NCBI GenBank assembly: GCA_900317315.1
Contig: ONGI01000002.1
Coordinates: 1-56,895 of the forward strand
Origin: an uncultured Eubacteriales bacterium
GTDB taxonomy: Bacteria; Bacillota; Clostridia; Oscillospirales; Acutalibacteraceae
Length of the DNA: 56,895 bases
Direction: 5' to 3'
Part shown: piece after piece, positions 48,655 through 56,895 of the stretch
How the letters are laid out: each line of letters opens with the position of its first letter
How positions within the stretch are numbered: position 1 is the stretch's first letter
Position numbers and translations under genes: made by a program
The notes under the pieces: generated by a model
Database searches by the model: none
The model's input: the letters and a program-made list of their open reading frames with translations, nothing else
Told to the model about the DNA's origin: nothing

Positions 48655-50586
48655 ATGGGATACACAATTGCGCAAAAAATCATTAAAGAGCACCTTGTGT
48701 CCGGCGAAATGACCGTCGGCAGCGACATCGGTCTGAAAATCGACCAGACGCTGACGCAGGACGCGACAGGCACAATGGCGTATATCGAGTATGAGGCGAT
48801 GGGCATTCCGCGCGTCAAGACCGAGAAGAGCGTCGCCTATATTGATCACAACACCCTGCAAACAGGCTTTGAGAATGCCGACGACCACCGCTTTATTCAG
48901 TCGGTGTGCAAAAAGCACGGCATTTATTTTTCGCGCCCCGGCAACGGCATCTGCCATCAGGTGCATCTGGAGCGCTTCGGCAAGCCCGGCAAGACCCTGA
49001 TCGGCTCCGACAGCCACACCCCCACCGGCGGCGGCATCGGTATGCTGGCGATCGGCGCCGGCGGCTTGGACGTGGCGGTCGCCATGGGAGGCGGCGCCTA
49101 CTACATCACCATGCCCAAGATGGTCAGAGTCAACCTCACCGGCAAGCTCTCTCCGTGGGTATCGGCAAAGGACATCATTCTCGCCGTGCTGCGCGTGATG
49201 AGCGTCAAGGGCGGCGTCGGCAAGATCGTGGAATACGGCGGCGAGGGCGTCAAAACCCTGAGCGTGCCCGAAAGAGCGACCATCACCAACATGGGCGCTG
49301 AGCTGGGCGCCACCACCTCGGTGTTCCCCTCCGACGAGACCACCAGAGCCTTTTTGAAGGCGCAGGACAGAGAAGAGGATTACCGCGAGCTGAGCGCGGA
49401 CGACGACGCAGTGTATGATGAGGTGATCGAGATCGACCTCTCCGCGCTGGAGCCGCTGGCGGCTTGTCCCCACTCTCCCGACAACATCAAGACCATCAAG
49501 GAGCTGGAGGGCAAGACCGTGGATCAGGTTTGTATCGGCTCCTGCACCAATTCCAGCTATCTTGACATGATGCGCGTGGCGCATATTCTCAAGGGCAAAA
49601 AGGTTGCCGACAACGTCTCCCTCGCCATTGCACCGGGCAGCAAGCAGGTGTTCAATATGCTCGCGCTCAACGGCGCCCTCGGCGACATGATTGCGGCAGG
49701 TGCGCGTATTCTCGAAAGCGCCTGCGGTCCCTGCATCGGCATGGGTCAGTCGCCCAACAGCAAGGGCGTTTCGCTGCGCACCTTCAACCGCAACTTTGAG
49801 GGCAGAAGCGGCACCGCCGACGGACAGATCTATCTGGTATCTCCCGAGACCGCGGCTGTTTCGGCGCTGGCAGGCGTCTTTACCGACCCGAGATGTCTCG
49901 GCGCTGCGGCTGAGATTGAGATGCCCGAAAAGTTCCTTATCAACGACAACATGGTCATCGACCCGGCTCCCGTTGAGGAGATGGACAGTGTAGAAATCCT
50001 GCGCGGTCCCAACATCAAGGAATATCCCGCGACCAGTCCGCTCACCGATTCCATTGAGGCGAGCTGCTCGCTCAAGGTCGGCGACAACATCACCACCGAC
50101 CATATCATGCCCGCAGGCGCCAAGATCCTGCCCCTGCGCTCCAATATCCCGAAAATCTCCGAGCACTGCTTCACCGTCTGCGACAAGGAATTCCCGTCGC
50201 GTGCCAAAATGCTCGGCAAGAGCATCATCGTCGGCGGCGAAAACTACGGTCAGGGCTCCTCTCGTGAGCATGCCGCGCTCGCGCCGCTCTATCTCGGCGT
50301 CAAGGCGGTGCTCGTAAAGAGCTTTGCACGCATCCACAAGAGCAACCTGATCAACGCCGGTATTCTGCCCCTCACCTTTAAGGATGCGGCGGATTATGAC
50401 AAAATCAAGCTCGGCGACATGCTGGCGCTGCCGCACGTCAAGGAGGAGATCGCAGCCGCGCAGGACATCACCGTTGTCAATCAGACCAACGGCGAGAGCT
50501 TTAAGGCGGAGTGTGAGCTGTCCGACAGAACCAGAGCGATCATCATTGCGGGCGGACTGCTCGATTATACAAAGGAGAACAGCTGA
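48655..50586 (+). CDS. Aconitate hydratase
   Basis: [47 protein letters not shown]; coupled to icd; GGAGG RBS. Confidence 0.92.
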   Translation: MGYTIAQKIIKEHLVSGEMTVGSDIGLKIDQTLTQDATGTMAYIEYEAMGIPRVKTEKSVAYIDHNTLQTGFENADDHRFIQSVCKKHGIYFSRPGNGICHQVHLERFGKPGKTLIGSDSHTPTGGGIGMLAIGAGGLDVAVAMGGGAYYITMPKMVRVNLTGKLSPWVSAKDIILAVLRVMSVKGGVGKIVEYGGEGVKTLSVPERATITNMGAELGATTSVFPSDETTRAFLKAQDREEDYRELSADDDAVYDEVIEIDLSALEPLAACPHSPDNIKTIKELEGKTVDQVCIGSCTNSSYLDMMRVAHILKGKKVADNVSLAIAPGSKQVFNMLALNGALGDMIAAGARILESACGPCIGMGQSPNSKGVSLRTFNRNFEGRSGTADGQIYLVSPETAAVSALAGVFTDPRCLGAAAEIEMPEKFLINDNMVIDPAPVEEMDSVEILRGPNIKEYPATSPLTDSIEASCSLKVGDNITTDHIMPAGAKILPLRSNIPKISEHCFTVCDKEFPSRAKMLGKSIIVGGENYGQGSSREHAALAPLYLGVKAVLVKSFARIHKSNLINAGILPLTFKDAADYDKIKLGDMLALPHVKEEIAAAQDITVVNQTNGESFKAECELSDRTRAIIIAGGLLDYTKENS

Positions 50587-51794
50587 TGGAAAAGATTAAA
50601 ATGCTGACGCCGCTCGTTGAGATGGACGGCGACGAAATGACAAGAGTCATCTGGCAGCAGATCAAGGATATTTTGATCACGCCCTATGTTGACCTGAAAA
50701 CCGAGTACTACGACCTCGGACTCAAAATGCGCAACGACACCGACGACCAGGTGACCATCGACAGCGCCAACGCCACCAAAAAATACGGCGTGGCGGTCAA
50801 GTGCGCCACCATCACACCCAACGCGGCGCGCATGACCGAATATGATCTCAAGAGCATGTGGAAGTCGCCCAACGGCACCATCCGTGCGATTTTGGACGGC
50901 ACCGTGTTCCGCAGCCCGATCCTCGTCAAGGGCATCACACCCTACATCCCCACCTGGAAAAAGCCCATCTGCATTGCGCGTCACGCCTACGGCGACGTTT
51001 ACAAGAACACCGAAATGCGCGTGCAGGCAGGCAGCAAGGCGGAGCTTTGCGTCACCAAGCCCGACGGCACCGAGGAGCGCAGCACGATTTTTGACTTTAC
51101 CACCGACGGTGTGATTCAGGGCATGCACAACCTCGACAAGAGCATTTCTTCCTTTGCGCGCAGCTGCTTCAACTATGCGCTCGACCAAAAGCTCGACGTC
51201 TGGTTTGCCACCAAGGACACCATCAGCAAGATCTACGACCACCGCTTCAAGGATATTTTTGCCGAGGTATTTGCAAACGAATACAAGGACAAGTTTGACG
51301 AAGCCGGCATCGAGTTCTTCTACACCCTGATCGACGACGCCGTTGCGCGTGTGATCCGCAGCGAGGGCGGCTATATGTGGGCTTGCAAGAACTACGACGG
51401 CGACGTGATGAGCGATATGATCGCCACGGCGTTCGGCTCGCTGGCGATGATGACAAGCGTGCTGGTCTCTCCCGACGGCATTTATGAATACGAAGCCGCG
51501 CACGGCACCGTGCAGCGCCACTACTACAAGTACCTCAAGGGCGAGGAGACCTCCACCAACTCCGTGGCGACCATCTTTGCCTGGACAGGCGCACTCAGAA
51601 AGCGCGGCGAGCTGGACAAGCTGCCCGACCTGATGGCGTTTGCCGACAAGCTGGAGCAGGCGACGATCCAAACCATCGAGGACGGCGTGATGACCGGCGA
51701 CCTCTATCTCATCTCCTCCCTGCCCAACAAGCAAAAGGTCAACACCGAGGCATTTTTGGAAGCCATCAATGAGAGATTGGCAGCGCAATATTAA
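50586..51794 (+). CDS. icd: NADP-dependent isocitrate dehydrogenase
   Basis: [41 protein letters not shown]. Confidence 0.95.
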   Translation: MEKIKMLTPLVEMDGDEMTRVIWQQIKDILITPYVDLKTEYYDLGLKMRNDTDDQVTIDSANATKKYGVAVKCATITPNAARMTEYDLKSMWKSPNGTIRAILDGTVFRSPILVKGITPYIPTWKKPICIARHAYGDVYKNTEMRVQAGSKAELCVTKPDGTEERSTIFDFTTDGVIQGMHNLDKSISSFARSCFNYALDQKLDVWFATKDTISKIYDHRFKDIFAEVFANEYKDKFDEAGIEFFYTLIDDAVARVIRSEGGYMWACKNYDGDVMSDMIATAFGSLAMMTSVLVSPDGIYEYEAAHGTVQRHYYKYLKGEETSTNSVATIFAWTGALRKRGELDKLPDLMAFADKLEQATIQTIEDGVMTGDLYLISSLPNKQKVNTEAFLEAINERLAAQY

Positions 51795-51814
51795 TTTGAA
51801 GGAGCAAGTGCGTA

Positions 51815-52456
51815 ATGTCTAAAAATGACATATCCATGTCGGTTATCAGGCGTCTGCCAAGATATTACCGCTTTTTGTCTGAGCTGGACGAGCAAAAGGT
51901 GGAGCGTATCTCCTCCAACCGTCTGGCGCAGATCATGAATGTGACCGCCTCTCAGGTGCGGCAAGACCTCAACTGCTTCGGCGGCTTTGGACAGCAGGGC
52001 TACGGCTACAGCGTCAGCCAGCTGCGGCTGGAGATCCGGCGCATCCTCGGACTGAACCACCGCTATCAGGCGGTATTGCTGGGCGCCGGCAACTTTGGCA
52101 CGGCTGTCGCAGGCTACATCAATTTTCCCAAGCTGGGCTTTGAGCTGATCGGCTGCTTTGACACCGACAAAGAAAAGATCGGTCGCAGCATCGGCAAGCT
52201 GGTGATCATGGACGAAGCGGAGCTCGATAGCTTTTGCCGTGCGCACCGCGTTGACACCGCAATACTCTGCATCCCCAAGCAGAATGTGGAAAACTCGCTC
52301 GAAAGGCTCTACCGGCAGGGCGTCAAAAGCTACTGGAATTTCAGTCATTTTGACATCACCTCCAAGCACAAGGACGTCGTGGTGGAGAATGTCCACCTGA
52401 GCGACAGCCTGATGACCCTGTGCTACCGGATCACCAACGCCGGTGAGCAGCAATAG
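51815..52456 (+). CDS. rex: Redox-sensing transcriptional repressor Rex
   Basis: IRRLPRYYR, SQVRQDLNCFGGFGQQGYGY, GAGNFG. Confidence 0.95.
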   Translation: MSKNDISMSVIRRLPRYYRFLSELDEQKVERISSNRLAQIMNVTASQVRQDLNCFGGFGQQGYGYSVSQLRLEIRRILGLNHRYQAVLLGAGNFGTAVAGYINFPKLGFELIGCFDTDKEKIGRSIGKLVIMDEAELDSFCRAHRVDTAILCIPKQNVENSLERLYRQGVKSYWNFSHFDITSKHKDVVVENVHLSDSLMTLCYRITNAGEQQ

Positions 52457-52485
52457 TTTTTCAAAAATTGTACAATGTATAGAAT

Positions 52486-52530
52486 AAGGGTGAGATACGG
52501 ATTTGGTTCTGTATCTCACCCTTTTGTTTT
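52486..52530. terminator. Bidirectional terminator between rex and rarA
   Basis: AAGGGTGAGATACGGA-N6-TCTGTATCTCACCCTT. Confidence 0.75.
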
Positions 52531-53790
52531 CTTCTTGACAGTGTCCCAATATGCCTTGAATGCCTGTTCGGTCTTGTTGTCGCCGTAGTGGTAGTAGACG
52601 CTGTCCTTTATCAGATCGGGCAGGTATTGCTGCGGCGTGTAGTGGTTGGGATAATCGTGCGGATAGCGGTAGTGCTGTCCCTTGTTGGGGTTGTCCTCGC
52701 CGTCGTAATGCTTGTTTTGGAGCTGTCGCGGAATGGGTCCCACATTGCCGCGGCGAATGTCGCCGAGTGCGCGGTCGATCGCCTGTTCGCCCGAATTGGA
52801 CTTTGGCGCCGTGGCAACCAAAATCACCGCGTCCGCCAGCGGAATACGCGCCTCCGGCAAGCCGACTGCCTGCGCGATGTCCACGCAGCTCTTAACGATC
52901 GGGATGATCTGCGGATAAGCCAGACCCACGTCCTCGCAGGCACACACCATCAGACGGCGGCACGCAGAGGGCAGATCGCCTGCCTCCAACAGCCTGCCGA
53001 GGTAATGCAGCGCCGCGTCGGGGTCGCTGCCGCGCATGCTCTTTTGGTATGCCGAAACAATGTCATAGTGCTCGTCGCCGTCGCGGTCGTAGCGCATGGC
53101 GCTCCGCTGCACCAGCGCGCTGACGATCTCCTCTGTGACGATGCGCCTGTCGCCGTCGCGCTCGGCTGCCGTCACGGACAGCTCCACCGCGTTCATCGCC
53201 TTGCGCACGTCGCCGCCGCAGCCGACGGCTATTTTTTTTGCGCAGGACTCGCTCAGCTCAATGGTGATCTGCTGCTCCTCCTCCAACAGACGCGCCGCGC
53301 GAAACACCGCCCGTTCGACCTCCTCCGGCTCCACCGACTTGAATTCAAAGACCGTGGAGCGGCTGAGAATGGCGTTGTAAACGTAAAAATACGGGTTCTC
53401 GGTGGTGGAGGCGATCAGCGTGATGCTGCCGTTCTCGATGTATTCGAGCAGGGTTTGCTGCTGCTTTTTATTAAAATACTGGATCTCATCCAGATAAAGC
53501 AAGATGCCGTTTATGCCCGAAAAGGTGCCGAGCTGTGCCACGATCTCCTTGATGTCGGCGGTGGAGGCAGTGGTGCCGTTGAGCTTGCGCAGCGTCTTGT
53601 TGGTTTTGTTGGCTATATAAGTGGCGAGCGTCGTTTTGCCGACGCCCGACGGACCGTAGAATATCAGGTTGGGTATCTCGCCGCTCTCAATAATTCTGCG
53701 CAGCGGTTTGCCCTCCGCCAAGAGGTGCCGCTGCCCGACGATGTCGTCGAGCGACTGCGGCCGAAAGCGGTCGGCAAGTGGTTTTTTCAT
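52516..53790 (-). CDS. rarA: Replication-associated recombination protein A (RarA/MgsA)
   Basis: PLADRFRP, GPSGVGKT, STTENPYF, HYDIVSA.QKSMRGSD. Confidence 0.95.
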   Translation of the reverse strand: MKKPLADRFRPQSLDDIVGQRHLLAEGKPLRRIIESGEIPNLIFYGPSGVGKTTLATYIANKTNKTLRKLNGTTASTADIKEIVAQLGTFSGINGILLYLDEIQYFNKKQQQTLLEYIENGSITLIASTTENPYFYVYNAILSRSTVFEFKSVEPEEVERAVFRAARLLEEEQQITIELSESCAKKIAVGCGGDVRKAMNAVELSVTAAERDGDRRIVTEEIVSALVQRSAMRYDRDGDEHYDIVSAYQKSMRGSDPDAALHYLGRLLEAGDLPSACRRLMVCACEDVGLAYPQIIPIVKSCVDIAQAVGLPEARIPLADAVILVATAPKSNSGEQAIDRALGDIRRGNVGPIPRQLQNKHYDGEDNPNKGQHYRYPHDYPNHYTPQQYLPDLIKDSVYYHYGDNKTEQAFKAYWDTVKKKTKG

Positions 53791-53794
53791 AGGC

Positions 53795-54643
53795 TCACCT
53801 TGTTTGTATGTCGCGCTTTTGGCGGCTGTTCTCCCTTTCGAGAATATCGCAGACCGCCATTTTGCGGATAATATGCTTGACCGTCAAATCAAGCCCCGTT
53901 CCCTCGCTGTAATCGGCAGGATAAATAAAATCCACCCTGTCCTTTTGGAGCAGGTCCTCGACCTTGCTGTCGCGGTTCTGGTAGACGGCGATCGAATAGC
54001 CGCCGTATGCCTTCATCATCTTCATGCAGGGCACGTCGCTCAGACCGTCGCCGATATAGATCATATTGGTGAACGGCACGCGCTTGCTGTCGTCGGGCAT
54101 GGAACGGTTGAGGTCGAGGTCGTTGGAAATATCGAGCACGCCCTTGTTGATGCGGTAGACAAACTGGGTCTTGTTGGTGTAGTTGACGTCGGTTTTCGGC
54201 CACACGGCGCCGCCGTTTTCGTCATACAAAAACTCGCAGGCAAAAATACAGCGAAAGCTTTGGCTGATGGAGGTGCCCTCAATGATCTCCTTCATGCCGG
54301 ACGAGATCACATAGTGCTCGATCTGCACGCCGTTGGCGGCTCCGAATGCGTTGATACGGTCGAACCATTCCTCCACGCCCTCAAAAAACTCCACGTTTTT
54401 TCCCATGGAAACGAGCTTTTCGCGCAGCAGAGGGATCCCTCTTTCCGCAGAGGTCTTGACCATGGCGTACATATAGGCGAGCACCGAATCCATCTGCTCG
54501 CGCTTCCATATTTCGTTGGTAAAATCCCAAAACTCGCGCTCCGTCATGCCCAGACTCGGAATAAAGCTGTAGTCCTGCATATCCTTGGTGCAGAGCGTGC
54601 GGTCAAAGTCATACATAATGGCGACAATCGGCAAAGGTCTCAT
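53795..54643 (-). CDS. HAD-superfamily hydrolase
   Basis: YDFDRTL, ISSG, YIGDGLSDVP; start ATG 54643 after GGAG. Confidence 0.88.
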   Translation of the reverse strand: MRPLPIVAIMYDFDRTLCTKDMQDYSFIPSLGMTEREFWDFTNEIWKREQMDSVLAYMYAMVKTSAERGIPLLREKLVSMGKNVEFFEGVEEWFDRINAFGAANGVQIEHYVISSGMKEIIEGTSISQSFRCIFACEFLYDENGGAVWPKTDVNYTNKTQFVYRINKGVLDISNDLDLNRSMPDDSKRVPFTNMIYIGDGLSDVPCMKMMKAYGGYSIAVYQNRDSKVEDLLQKDRVDFIYPADYSEGTGLDLTVKHIIRKMAVCDILERENSRQKRDIQTR

Positions 54644-54664
54644 GGGCTTTCTCCGCAATTCTTC

Positions 54665-55618
54665 TCAGTTGGATTTCTTATGATAGGCGGTGATCTCGAT
54701 CGACTTGATCAGCACAGGGTCTTTCAGCATTTGGTCTTTGTCGGTTTTCATCTGTGCCAGCTTGTCAACGACCTCCATACCGGCGATCACCTGTGCAAAG
54801 ACGGTGTTGCCGCGGTCGGCAGCGTTATACACGCCGTCAAACTGCGGATTGCCGCCGTTTTCGGTATAGAGCGCCTTGACGTTTTCGGGAACGATATCGG
54901 GATTGAGGAACTTGTCGCCGTTCTCGGTGATATACGCCTCGAGCAGGTCGGTGTCCTTGTAGTCGCCGAGCTTTTCGGTGACGAGCCGCCAAATGGTCTT
55001 TATGCCGCGCCAGCCGCCGCTCTTGCGAAAATCCCGTTCGTTTGCCTGATTGACAAAGAATTGCGTGCCGTTGGTGTCCTTGCCGGTGTTCGCCATCGAA
55101 ACGGCGCCGCGGAGGTTATAGAGCGAATCGCAGAATTCGTCCTCAAACGGTGCGCCGTAGGAGCTGACGCCGTTGGGATTGGCGTCGTCAGAAGGGCAGT
55201 AGCCGCACTGCACCCATCCGCCGCTGACAACATGCAGGATCGGCGTGTTGTTGTACGCCCCTGCTTTGGCGAGGTTGATAAAATTCGTGACGGTTTTGGG
55301 CGCTTGTTCGGGAAACAGCCGCAGCGTCACATCGCCTGCGGCAGTATGCACCACGGCGACGGGGTCGCCCTCTTTTGGTTCCTGCAGCTGAAAGCCCGGG
55401 TCATTCTTCTTGTCATGGATGATCTGCGGCTGGATGCCGACCGCTTGGGGGTCAATGCCGATCGCCTCCAAATCGCGCGGCAGGTTCACTTGGTCAGGGG
55501 TGGCGCCGGAGGACTGATTTCCGGAATCTTCCCCGCCGCAGGCTGCAAGAAGCAATGCCGACACGCCGAGCAGCGCGCCCAACAGCAAAATGAGTGCTTT
55601 ACGACAGATTTTCATCAT
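54665..55618 (-). CDS. Cyclophilin-type PPIase-like lipoprotein (degenerate active site)
   Basis: Lipobox LAAC; LFPEQAPKTVTNF, FEDE, GAVSMANTG.DTNGTQFF, TVFAQV..GMEVVD. Confidence 0.85.
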   Translation of the reverse strand: MMKICRKALILLLGALLGVSALLLAACGGEDSGNQSSGATPDQVNLPRDLEAIGIDPQAVGIQPQIIHDKKNDPGFQLQEPKEGDPVAVVHTAAGDVTLRLFPEQAPKTVTNFINLAKAGAYNNTPILHVVSGGWVQCGYCPSDDANPNGVSSYGAPFEDEFCDSLYNLRGAVSMANTGKDTNGTQFFVNQANERDFRKSGGWRGIKTIWRLVTEKLGDYKDTDLLEAYITENGDKFLNPDIVPENVKALYTENGGNPQFDGVYNAADRGNTVFAQVIAGMEVVDKLAQMKTDKDQMLKDPVLIKSIEITAYHKKSN

Positions 55619-55668
55619 AATTTCCCTTTCGGATTTATTTAAAACACACATCTAAAACACACACAAAT

Positions 55669-55697
55669 ATCTTAACATATTTTGCAAATTTTGTCAA
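55669..55697 (-). promoter_or_regulatory. sigmaA-type promoter of the cyclophilin-HAD-rarA genes
   Basis: TTGACA-17-TAAGAT. Confidence 0.6.
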
Positions 55698-55701
55698 ACT
55701 G

Positions 55702-55963
55702 TCGCGTGCCGGTCGCGTGCCGCGACGGTCAGCGCGCCTTTTGAAAGGTAGCGGTAAAGTAAAAGGTCGATAAACGGCGCAGTTGAAAGTTCATGAGGAG
55801 GTGACATGGCTGCTCCCTTTGATAGATCGTACTTTTTTATGAAGGTTTTACATCTTTTGATAGACGGCGGTCGCGTGCCGATCGCGTGCCGGTCGCGTGC
55901 CGCGACGGTCAGCGCGTCTTTTGAAAGGAAGGATAAGAATTATAGTAATCTTAACGGCGCAGT
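55702..55963. repeat. Two-copy REP-like direct repeat, 180-bp period
   Basis: TCGCGTGCCGGTCGCGTGCCGCGACGGTCAGCGCGYCTTTTGAAAGG at 55702-55748 and 55882-55928, each followed by AACGGCGCAGT (55773-55783 and 55953-55963). Confidence 0.85.
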
Positions 55964-56031
55964 CGGACGTTGTGCGTGAGGGAACGTTTTTTGACGGAGC
56001 GTATTTGTTCGTTAGGCGTTCAGCGATTTCT

Positions 56032-56060
56032 GCATATTTTCTCCCCTGCTCTCATAGAAT
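56032..56060 (+). promoter_or_regulatory. sigmaE-type promoter
   Basis: GCATATT-14-CATAGAAT. Confidence 0.6.
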
Positions 56061-56094
56061 TTTCCTGAAACAAAGCAACATCGGAGGTCATAAA

Positions 56095-56895
56095 ATGTCA
56101 GAATATCTGCCCGAAGGAAAGCTGATAAACACACCGCAGAACCGCGCGGTCACCCATTCGCTGCGGCTGCTGCGCGAGGCGGTGAAAAAGAAAACCATTT
56201 TGGAGGCGCGTGCCGGTCTCTGTGACGCTTCGCACAATCTCTGCGTGCAGCTCGGCGGCATACGGGGTATGATCCCGCGCGAGGAAGGCGCCCTCGGTAT
56301 GCGCGACGGCACGGTGCGCGACATCGCGGTGATCTCGCGCGTCAACCGTCCTGTCTGCTTCACCGTCACGGCGGTCGATGAGGACAGCGAGGGGCTGCCC
56401 TATGCCCTGCTGTCGCGCGCCGACGCACAGGAGCGCTGTCTGCAAAACTATATCGCCGATCTGCGCTGCGGCGACGTCATAGACGCGCGGATCACCCATC
56501 TCGAAAGCTTTGGCGCGTTTGCCGACATCGGCTGCGGCATTGCGGCGCTCATGCCCATCGACGCGATCTCGGTTTCGCGCATTTCTCATCCGCGCGACCG
56601 CCTGACGGTCGGCATGGACGTCAAGGCGGTGGTCAAATCCATCGAGAACGGCAGGATCAGCCTGAGCCAGAAGGAGCTGCTCGGCACCTGGGAGCAGAAC
56701 GCGGCAGGCTTTGCGGCAGGCGAAACCGTTGCCGGTATCGTGCGCAGCGTGGAGAACTACGGCGCGTTTGTGGAGCTGACGCCCAACCTTGCCGGCCTCG
56801 CCGAGACCAAGGAGGGCATTCGCGTCGGGCAGCAGGTGAGCGTCTACATCAAGAGCATTATCCCCGACAAGATGAAAATCAAGCTGATCATTATC
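56095..56895 (+). CDS. Multi-S1-domain RNA-binding protein (short RpsA-like; runs off window)
   Basis: GGAGG RBS; open frame MSEYLPEG...LESFGAFADIG..ISVSRISHPRDR..ENYGAFVELTPNLAGLAE to the window end. Confidence 0.88.
   Translation, partial: MSEYLPEGKLINTPQNRAVTHSLRLLREAVKKKTILEARAGLCDASHNLCVQLGGIRGMIPREEGALGMRDGTVRDIAVISRVNRPVCFTVTAVDEDSEGLPYALLSRADAQERCLQNYIADLRCGDVIDARITHLESFGAFADIGCGIAALMPIDAISVSRISHPRDRLTVGMDVKAVVKSIENGRISLSQKELLGTWEQNAAGFAAGETVAGIVRSVENYGAFVELTPNLAGLAETKEGIRVGQQVSVYIKSIIPDKMKIKLIII

Noticed and set aside
55702-55928. CRISPR array (repeat ends in TTGAAAG)
   Set aside because: Only two copies, a 133-bp gap, internal tandem units and no cas genes
55806-55979. 57-aa ORF behind AGGAGGTGA
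   Set aside because: SD spacing is only 4 nt and the frame runs through the DNA repeat; no motif supports it, though it is not excluded without Ribo-seq

Overview
Core-chromosome segment of a GC-rich, spore-forming Bacillota organism, most likely Ruminococcus-like (Oscillospirales), judged from gene order and dockerin style. It carries about 47 mostly housekeeping genes: a radical SAM/spoIVF-like cluster, MATE, flavoproteins, RNase P RNA, malic enzyme, a purE-F-M-N-(purO-like)-purH-D operon, NfeD/SPFH, bofA, secG, a second type IIA topoisomerase pair, uvrB/radC/pyrE, a TPP-riboswitch ThiXYZ-type ABC operon, the spoVB/yabM-mazG-hup-yabO-yabP-yabQ-divIC-S1-hpf block, typA-dtd-MBL-hemZ, acn-icd-rex, rarA, a HAD hydrolase, a cyclophilin and an S1 protein. 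I see no CRISPR array, transposase, tRNA or rRNA. Best leads: (1) a 1005-aa secreted beta-helix protein with one cohesin between two different dockerins; (2) a candidate ~85-nt csRNA-like small RNA with anti-SD and anti-start motifs behind a response-regulator-type direct repeat; (3) a recurring design in which sigmaE-type promoters of sporulation genes overlap hairpins that would silence vegetative read-through; (4) a 180-bp-period REP-like duplication; (5) a cyclophilin lipoprotein and a PurF with degenerate motifs; (6) three broken conserved genes (HI0933-family, hup, typA), which may be assembly artefacts. All calls come from motif recognition by eye; no database searches were run.
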